Assembly (NCBI GenBank): GCA_011109175.1
Contig: RDEW01000004.1
Span: forward strand, 675,030-708,029
DNA length: 33,000 nucleotides
Direction of reading: 5' to 3'
From: Dicyema japonicum
Lineage: Eukaryota; Animalia; Dicyemida
Part shown: piece after piece, positions 24,676-33,000 of the stretch
Layout of the letters: the number at the start of each line of letters is the position of its first letter
How positions within the stretch are numbered: the first letter of the stretch is position 1
Position numbers and translations under genes: made by a program
The notes under the pieces: generated by a model
What the model was told of the DNA's origin: nothing
What the model saw: the letters and a program-made list of their open reading frames with translations, nothing else
Databases searched by the model: none

Positions 24676-25473
24676 TCAATAATAATTAATATGTTGTACC
24701 AGGAAAAGAAGAAAGGTGTAAATCCAGAATTTAGCTGCATTTGACTCATTATTAGTAGTAGTACTAAGGCACCCCCATTTGTTTTCTAGTGCAGGCACAG
24801 CGGCAATTGTTTGATCTGACACGTGTCTCAAAATTAGAAAATTTATACTCATAGGCATGACTACTAGGAGTCATCAAACAATTATTATTGCAACCGCTGT
24901 CAGTCGGTTTGACGTGATTAAATCCAAGAACATGGAATAACTCATGAGACATGATTGCTGCTGTCCTTTCATCGTTGTATCTTTTCAAAACCAGCGCCAC
25001 TGCTCGATTTGAGCAAACAGTATTCCTCAATGCGATTCCCACGTTGCTTACATTCGACTTAGTATCTCTGGGTATTAGTTCGGATAATTACTTAAAGAAT
25101 AAACTGCGTCTTACCCCGCGAAAATAGCCGATAAACATTGCGTGTATATGCGCACTCATAGGATTACTTGATGTAGTTTCTCTAGTGAAGTATATTCTTC
25201 TAAGTTTTAATTCTATTTCTATCGCGTTAAAATACTAAATTGTCATCAATTATACTCTTTGAGACAATTTGAACATCTTATTTACATACTCTCTCATTTG
25301 GTCCTCATTATAGTCGAAGCCTTTTTGCTATGCGTAAAATATAAAATGAAAACAAATCCGTCATCGATAACAGTCGCCACCTCTAATTTTCTTAAATATT
25401 CCCAGTTATCTAAAATTGCTTCAAATAGATTACCGACGAAAACAAAAAATAATGTGTAAAATAGAAGATTCAT
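24676..25473 (-). CDS. Secreted reprolysin/ADAM-like (M12B) zinc metalloprotease, catalytic domain only, ~226-234 aa
   Basis: ATG at 25473 with hydrophobic N-terminus MNLLFYTLFFVFV. Four required GT-AG introns (26, 21, 24, 22 nt) plus one optional in-frame 24-nt intron. Motifs: LEVATVID, VGIA...VCS, HELFHVLGFNH (24914-24946), Met-turn CLM, terminal WGCL, then SNAAKFWIYTFLLFLVQHINYY*. Confidence 0.9.
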
Positions 25474-25749
25474 TTCCTCAAAATTGCAAAAATCGTTGAA
25501 AAAATTAGTTTATAAGGAAAAATATTTAGCAATTATTTTTGAAGCGTGTAATATGACTTTGGGGAATTTGATTCAATTATAATTCTTGGTTAATGCTACT
25601 GTTATGCTTGACTTTGGATGTTTTAATATCACAGTAGTATTTTGAAATTCATTAAACATAGAAAACTGAAAATTCTTGAAAAACCTAGTGGAAAAGATAG
25701 TCACGTGTGCTTAATTAGTATATTTAACATTTTGTTCCTATGACGGTGT

Positions 25750-26050
25750 TAATAATAATATTCGCACTATCCGAGGAGCCATATCAGTTATCGCTCCCCA
25801 CAGGCAGAACACACACTTTATTTTAAGCAAAGAACAGTTATAATAGCTAATCGAGGGAAGATCAAGGAATGCTCTTTACCTTTTTGTTTTCCTTTATAGA
25901 CGATTCGGTTCCACAGTTAAGTTTACTGATGACAGCGTCACTCGTCAAGCCAAAGCATATTGATGCGTGGAACCTTCAACCGAAATTTGCAGTATCGGGA
26001 TTCGAACGAGCTACCTTCAGGCCTCTTACCCGTCAACCATCACACTGCAC
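25750..26050 (-). mobile_element. Full-length tRNA-derived SINE
   Basis: Head GCAGTGT...GTTCGAATCCCG-ATACTGCA (B box plus acceptor-stem complementarity), an unrelated body, and an (ATT)n tail. A second copy lies at 1290-1483. Confidence 0.85.
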
Positions 26051-26099
26051 TCTTGCTTACGTCGTCATCAAAACTGAGTTCCTGTTTGAAAGAATAGTA

Positions 26100-26375
26100 T
26101 GTCACATGGGCGGCGCGTTTGAGTCTTAGTATTATCCAGTTGCAGAAATAATTAATATTTTATCGAATAGTCGCGTAGAGGTAGTTTTAAATAGTTTAAT
26201 TTGATAGATAAAAAATTCGAAAGGAGAAATATCGACTGTATTAATGAGTAGACTAAAAAAACTTAAAATTAATTTTTCTGTGGTTAATAAATCATTTATA
26301 AAATTAATTGAAGTTAATCTTGGTTCAAGGTTAATGTAACAGGCAACCCATAGGTATCGCTTGGCCCATGTGACA
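26100..26375 (+). mobile_element. 276-bp non-autonomous Ginger-like element
   Basis: TIRs TGTCACATGGGC / GCCCATGTGACA and a perfect 5-bp TSD TAGTA (26095-26099, 26376-26380). The body is nearly identical to ~27054-27313. Confidence 0.92.
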
Positions 26376-26496
26376 TAGTAAAAGGAAAGCAAATTCAATT
26401 CTCACATTAATTTTAGTTAATAAAGTTTAATTTTCTTTAAAAAATTTTGCGTCCAGCGAACCAATTGTTAATTATTGATTTGGCCCGCAGTTGAGA

Positions 26497-27313
26497 TAAA
26501 ATTGAGTATGAATGTCGACCAAGATACTTCACTGTAAAGAATGAGATTATCAGAAAAATCATTCGAAAATGTGAAGTCTGCAAATTTTCGCGTCCTTTAA
26601 AAGTTCGTGATTTTTTAGACGATCACGAGGAAGTTGTCAAAAATATGGATAACAGTGAAAAAAATGGCTTGATAAATTAGATAGTGTTGTCTACAGTTAT
26701 AACATATCGGTCCATTCATTTTCTAACGAAAGTCCGATTCTAGAACAAATTGACGATTTGGTTAATTGTTCGACTCCAGAATCTATTGAAAATTCACGTA
26801 GTTTGATTTAAAAAATTTATATCTAGATAATTCCCAGTCAGATAATTTGTGTCCGAATACGAAGGGATTCAATTTCGAAATTAAATCGATTGAAAGAAAA
26901 TCGAATTATTACAAAGCTATGAACAGGAAAATGAATGTTCATAATAGTAAATATACTTTTAACATGGGAGATAAAGTATGAATTAAAGACATTAATAAAT
27001 AGGTTCGGGCTAAAAAGGACTTTGGAACAAATCCCTCATTGCGACTGGATAAGTTTGAGTCTTTGTATTATCCAGTTGCAGAAATAATTAATATTTTATC
27101 GAATAATCGCGTGGAGGTAGTTTTAAATAGTTTAATTTGATAGATAAAAAATTCGAAAGGAGAAATATCGACTGTATTAATGAGTAGACTAAAAAAAACT
27201 TAAAATTAATTTTTTTGTGGTTAATAAATCATTCATAAAATTAATTTAAAGTTAATCTTGGTTCAAGGTTAATGTAACAGGCAACCCATAGGTATCGCTT
27301 GGCCCATGTGACA
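26497..27313 (+). mobile_element. One-ended Ginger-like element with intron-containing integrase remnants
   Basis: YFTVKNEIIRKIIRKCEVC is the integrase zinc-binding CxxC. The C-terminal part reads FNMGDK|VRAKKDFGTNPSLRLDKFESLYYPVAEIINILSNNRVE|IKNSKGEISTVLMSRLKKT*. The right TIR ends at 27313. Confidence 0.85.
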
Positions 27314-27399
27314 TAAAGTTTAATTTTCTTAAAAAAATTTTGCGGCCAGCGAACCAATTGTTAATTATTGATTTGGCCCGCAGTTGAGAACCACTGATC

Positions 27400-28984
27400 C
27401 AGACTAACTTTTTCAATGTGTCTTTTCTTCCCCTTCTAGGGATGATTTTGTCCAGCTGTTTACTATTATCCTCTTGCACTATGCACAAGAGTATTTGCAT
27501 CAAGTGCGCCAAAAAACACGTTCTTACATTTTTTATAAAAAATATGCTTGGATTTTTCTATAAACTTCCAAGTACCTCAAATACATTCCTAAGAAGTTAT
27601 AGTGTCCATTCTAAGCATGTGCCCAAACAGTCTCCATCTTGATTCGATAATGTCGATGCTTACTGGCCTCGATTGTGCCACAGAGTATAATTTCTTTTTT
27701 TGAAATCTTCTTGGGCCCACCTAGACCCATTAAATTGCGTAATTTTTTTCGATGAAATCCATTTTCTTGAGCTCTAGCTCTATGACCCCCATGTACCCGA
27801 GTTGTACATAAGCACCGGCTTTATATATGCGTTTTATAGTCTTATTCTTAGATTTTTTTATTAGTTTTCGTCGAATCCATATCTTCTGCATTTTCTTATA
27901 TATGGCAGTGGCTAGAACTCTTCTATACATCATTTCCTCACTATCACCAAGTAAGGATCCCAATTTCCTTTTTTCCTGGTTTATGCAGAGGAATCAAAAT
28001 TCCATCACCAAGTTTCAAAGGGGAATGCGTCTCAAATACATTATTGAAAATCTTTGTAATGAGAGTTGTCAGTTCGCCTGGTGCATACTTGATCATTTTT
28101 CCATGTATGTTGTCTGGTCCCCCTGTTGTTGTTTAATTTACACATAATCATAATTTTTTACAATAAAACGGTCCAGATAAGCTCTCTTCTTTCTTGCTCC
28201 ATTTATTCCGAAATATCTTTTCATTCTGAAACGTGCAACCAGCAGTTTATGATCACTATAAGTGATGATGCCTCCATAGCTGCGGGAGTCTGTTAGTAAA
28301 GCACAAAGAGATCTTTTACATATAACATAATCAATCTGGTTGTACATCCGGACATAGTTACCATTTCCATCTTTTCTGAGTCCAGTCCATGTAGTCTTTT
28401 GCCTCGCATTGTGGTCGAATGCAGAATTACAAATGAAGTAGTCAAACATGTTACAAAATTGCACGAGCGATTCTCCTGACATATTCCTCCTCCCCCTGGA
28501 TGTCTACCCATACAGGGTTCTCTCCATAGACAGTGTCCCACTTTAGCATTCCAATCTTCACACAAAAAGGTCATAAACGAGCCTTTGAGATCAGAGATGG
28601 TATCCGTTAGTGACATATAAAACAGATCATGTTCCCTCGCCATTGTGGGCGCGTAGACATTAATTATGGATATAAAGGAATTATCAGTCCTCCCACGCTT
28701 AATCTGAAGTACTGCTATTCTGTTATTCACCCTCCACACTCTGTGGATTCTCCATCAAGACATTGATGTTAGCAAAGCCAAGTCCGTAGTGGTTGCATTC
28801 GGAGTCTAGTAGTATAAGTCTAAATTCTCTGTAATTCTCCTCAAATGCATCCTTCACTTTAGTCTCCTGTATACTGCATATAGTGACTTTATATGATGTT
28901 AAGTCACTTATTAAATTCTCCCTTTTTTGTTTTTTTCAATCCTCGGACGTTCAATGACGCCAGTGTGAAGAGATCATTCGTCAT
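27400..28984 (-). mobile_element. RTE-clade retrotransposon, APE domain plus degraded downstream ORF
   Basis: ATG at 28984, MTNDLFTLASLNVRGL, then ICSIQETK, IINVYAPT, DWNAKVG, CNSAFDHNARQKTTWTG, NQIDYVI and SDHKLL, with several frameshifts. Confidence 0.9.
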
Positions 28985-29562
28985 GTGTGAAATAGGCATA
29001 ATAATTCAAGAACCACGTCACGAGTTCAACCAAAGTAGATCAATGAGTGCTAGATTTAATATTTTATTAGCTCTACTAAATTTTTTTGAATGCTAGAAAC
29101 AACTAGCCTTAGTTATCACTCTAAATCACCGTGAGACGTTGCAAGGGACAAATATGGGAGACCTTGACATCAATCCCCCTTTGGGGGAATACGAAATTTT
29201 TAATTTTTTTCTCAAAACAAGGTTGAGAAAAACTGTCTAATTATTTAATTATTTGTTTGGCTTAATGATAATTGATTTTATATTTACAAGGGATTGTCCT
29301 CTAACGAGGGATTGTTTTCTATTTTTTTATTTATTAACCTCTGGCCTACAACCCTTGGTAAGTCCAGCACAAACAGTCATAACTAATTAATCCAAGGAAG
29401 GCACCTAAGGGAGAACGTTTACCTTTGCTGACTGTCCTCTAACGTAGATTTACACCGCTAACTTTCATCTCCAATAAATTTTATCATTAACTCAATAAAT
29501 CTTAACAAAAAATATAATTTTATTATAAATGAAGAATGCCGGTCCAAAATAAAACCGGTGAC

Positions 29563-29965
29563 ATTTATTAACCCCCAGAGCTTTCAAGTGAAGGAACCGG
29601 TGGCTAACAGGAGGATAAGTACCGAAAGCGAACGCTCCAAGACTTGGGCCCAGCGTTAAATTCAGCATCAACACATATGGGAGAGGTAGTTTGGCACTTG
29701 TTATGTGGCATACTATTTGGTAGTTGCTTCTTAAAGGAAAGAGGTTGGGACTATTCGCTACAAATGTAGTTTTTTTCAATTATCAGGTAACCCACGTGAG
29801 TTTACATACGTCGGTAAAGAGGAGTGGTGCCCACATCGTAGACGAGCCAGGTTTCCCGGATGTCCCTCATAAGAGAGGATTCTATTGGTCTTTTATTTAT
29901 TTACCCCCGGTTTCTTCGAGTGAAAGAAACCGTTGGCTAACAAAAACTTTACACTCAAGAGCGGA
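29563..29965 (-). repeat. Two retroelement-like 3' termini sharing a stem-loop (third copy at ~19940-20010)
   Basis: Minus-strand pattern CGCT...TGTTAGCCA, then a stem with a TCACT loop, GGG and a TAAATAA-like tail, at ~29563-29635 and ~29891-29965. Confidence 0.7.
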
Positions 29966-30171
29966 TACACCCCTTACACAACAACTATTAGTTGCTTGGT
30001 AGTGGCTACGGGACGAACGCCTAGCTACAGTTCGCAGATTGGTCCCTTGTATTCTACTAACGGGATTATCAACAAATTTATTATCATTTTATAAATACAA
30101 TTTTTTAATATAAAAATAATTTTTATTAATTATTTTATTGCTGAAAATTTCTAATAAATAAATTGTTGAAA

Positions 30172-33000
30172 ATGTATTCGAGTTCAGATGGTTCCATAGT
30201 TAACAATTCTCATTTTTTGAACGATGGAGTCGCAAGCGAAAATACATCAGATTTTCGAACAAGATCAATAGCTACTATGAGCTCATTCAGGTCCAGGGTA
30301 ACCGGTAGATTAACGTAGATGAATCAACTGGATTGCCCAATTCACTTCAATCAAAAATATTTAGCCTTTTCATTGGTTTCTAAATGTATAATGCTGCCCT
30401 TCGAGAAAACCATACCTTTCAACTTTACAATGTTCCCCCATGTGCCTACCTTAGATATTATAAAAAACTCACAATCCAAGAGTTGAGCATAATAAAGGGG
30501 GAATGTAAGAAAATAATCCGCGACTCCTCGGAGATGAGTTATTTATCGACTTTGTCAAGGATTTCCACAGAAGGATCTTGAAGCCAAATTATATTAGGAT
30601 TATGGTGGAATCGGGGATCTGCTCCTACTTTGACTTTGACGAGCTTATAAAGATCATTTTTCATAAAAACAGCGGAAATTGGAATTTTGTTGAAAAATTG
30701 ATAAAGATGATATCCCTGAACCCAGAGAACGTAAAAGGTATCGTCGAGGAAGCCGAAAGGGGGGAGATTTACGATGAGTTCAACAAGTTGTTGGATCTCT
30801 CGACATACGAGAGCAAGAGCATGTACAACATCCTCAAGGTAATTTAAAAATCAATTTTTACTTATTAAAGCTTGACAATATCGATGAGCAAATTGAGGAA
30901 TTCCAGAGGGAAATCGAATGCAGGATTCTAAATTTAGAAAATATATCTCAGGTCAACCAAATTAGCTTTTTTAGTCAAAAAACTATGACAAGTTTATCAT
31001 GCAGAAGGAAATGGAGCCGATCTTTGAGGAAAATGAGAGGGCTAACATTGACTTTCTGTGCAAACACCTGGAGATTATACTGAGTGATAATAAGACAAAT
31101 CTCAGGTACTCCACTGAGTTACTTCAGGAAAAAGAAGATTGAGTTTTCGGGGGATATAGCCCCGACTGTGCTCAAAAATTCATACATTGTTACAGTAAGC
31201 GGTAACCTGATGCTTTGGTGTTTGTCATGAATGCTAAGGATATCCCTGAGCCATCCACCAAACAGGTCTACTGCGAGGTGTTCCTGAAGAATACAAAGAA
31301 GATGAAGACCCACAAGGTGGACCCATCCAACCCAAAGTTAGTTTGGTGGATTACGAAAGGTGGAACTCTTACTGTGAGTTTAACACAACTAAAGCAGTTT
31401 CCTTGCTTAACGTGAAGTTGTGCCAGGCGAACGTGTTCAACATGAATAATGGTGTCATTGGAAAGGTCTTGGGGGTTGATATTCCAGGTTAAAGTGAAAA
31501 TAACGCCTTTTCATAAGAGTGGGGCCAAATGGTACAGTTTGGTGGACAATAATCAGGTCAGTCTTCGCCTCATCGTCAACGTGTACCGACCAAGTAACAT
31601 TCAGTTTGGGGGTTGGCCATTCGCTGAGTTTAGTTTCCTTGTAAAGTACGTGAAAAAGAAACCCCCAAAGAAATACTATTTTCTTATAATCCGCGCGGAA
31701 ACTGACTCGTACATACTTTCAGGGTACGAAGAGAACAGGTCATCTCCCTCTGAACACTTCAATTTGGATGGGTACATCGTGGACTACTGTCTCAATAATC
31801 CCGGTTGTCCTACGGCTTACTTAGATGAGTTTGTTTTCAAGAATGAATTCTGTTTTTACATTTTGAAAGAAGGCAGCAGCATATTCTTCTCTGCTGAGAA
31901 TGAGGAAGATCTCAAAAACTGGGTCACTTTGATTTCCAAGGCTACTGGACAAAATTATGTCCCCAATATGTCCATCGAACGGAAAACATCCACCGCCCTC
32001 CGTTCTCCGTTATTGGTAAATCCAGTAAACAACATTGTAATCTACTCTGAAAGCAAAAAACAGCTCCAAATCGCCGTTGATGCCTGTGACCGCAATTACT
32101 TCTTCAAAAAACTCCATCGACTTATTCTGGCGAAGCGATTGAACGAGGATATTGTGACCCTGGTTACCTTGGCTGTAATATTTCAAGGGGCGACTCAGTC
32201 CCATCCACAATTTTATACTCTACAACTACTGCCTGAGGTACTGCATCGAGGGGTCTTCCAAGAATCTGGCTTACCTAGAGAATTACATAGCCTTGATGGA
32301 ACAGGGGATGACGATTGACATTTCCCTGGTCTTCAATGTTTATGCGGAACTGGTCGACTACTTTGTAGCTGACAAGTGCTGTGTTTGTTATTGGCAGTAA
32401 TTTCCTCATCTCCCACGCCATTTTGGTGAGTGATCGTGATTTATTCATTCAACTGCAGTCCCGTCTCACCTTTTTGCTGGAACATCAGCTTACAAACTTC
32501 AGGTCTCTTTGGGTAACATAAAAGATGTGTCTTCCCATTTGGGAGACCAGAGGGGGGAATGGCCAAAACATTGAAATTTTACACAACTCTCTGTTCTGAA
32601 GGAGTAGTTTCGAATGTAACGGTAGTTCGAAGTACCTTCAAAGGATGAGACCCAAGTCTACGCGATGGTGACTGATATTCTCAAAAATACGTCCACGTTG
32701 ACTTACAATTTGATTAAAAACAGGATCAAAGTAGAAGGTACCGTGTAAACGTGAAATTTGTAGAGACCGACTTTGGTAGGAGTAGTAAGCTAAGTTTATA
32801 GTTCAGATTGCCTTCACGAACACAAACTGGTCAAAGTGGTTCGGCGGAGTAATCAAAATAAGCCAAGAATGCGTGAACTTGTATGAGGACATTATCGACT
32901 TTTACCTGAATGTGGGGGATATCGCTTAATTGTAGCAATCACATGAATGCGACAAATTTGTTATTGACTACGCCAATCGTGTGTGGGGGTTTTTACTCTC
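30172..33000 (+). CDS. CADPS: Calcium-dependent secretion activator (CAPS/UNC-31), 5' part, continues past the window
   Basis: The spliced translation follows CAPS motif order: KCIMLPF, IMVESGICS, LDNIDEQIEEFQREI, C2 domain (QVYC...PKW), PH domain (KKYYFLII...LDGYIVDY...KEG...WVTLISKATGQ), RLNEDIVTLGRLSP and LLEHQLTNFRCVFPFGRPEG. About 17-19 introns of 21-32 nt. Confidence 0.95.

Noticed and set aside
25926-25990. Hammerhead ribozyme (CTGATGA...GAAA)
   Set aside because: I could not build the three stems, and it lies antisense to the SINE body.
25985-26050. Functional tRNA gene
   Set aside because: It has a B box and acceptor stem but no complete anticodon arm, and it continues into a repeated body with a tail, so it is a SINE head.
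31449-32318. Single-exon 289-aa protein from the ORF track
   Set aside because: It is part of CAPS read through in-frame mini-introns. Both ends are intronic or out of frame.

Overview
This is AT-rich eukaryotic, almost certainly animal, DNA. It contains three intact-looking host genes split by 21-32 nt spliceosomal mini-introns: a ~330-aa coiled-coil gene (1467-2687, -), a small secreted reprolysin/ADAM-type zinc metalloprotease (24676-25473, -) and the 5' part of CAPS/UNC-31 (30172 to past the window end, +). Mini-introns plus very divergent animal proteins suggest a reduced parasite such as a myxozoan (inference only). Between the genes is a dense transposon graveyard: many non-LTR fragments (Jockey/I-like, RTE-like, a PHD-bearing CRE-like element), a hAT derivative, a foldback Mutator-like element with a 9-bp TSD, three Ginger-like integrase elements, two copies of a tRNA-derived SINE, and 63-bp and 65-bp tandem arrays. 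The most notable signals are mini-introns that appear to need non-AG acceptors (GT-TG, GT-GG), a prodomain-less and possibly GPI-anchored reprolysin, a DNA transposon carrying host-style mini-introns, and a 3' stem-loop shared by otherwise unrelated retro-sequences. Gene models were built by hand and protein family calls rest on remembered motifs, not searches.
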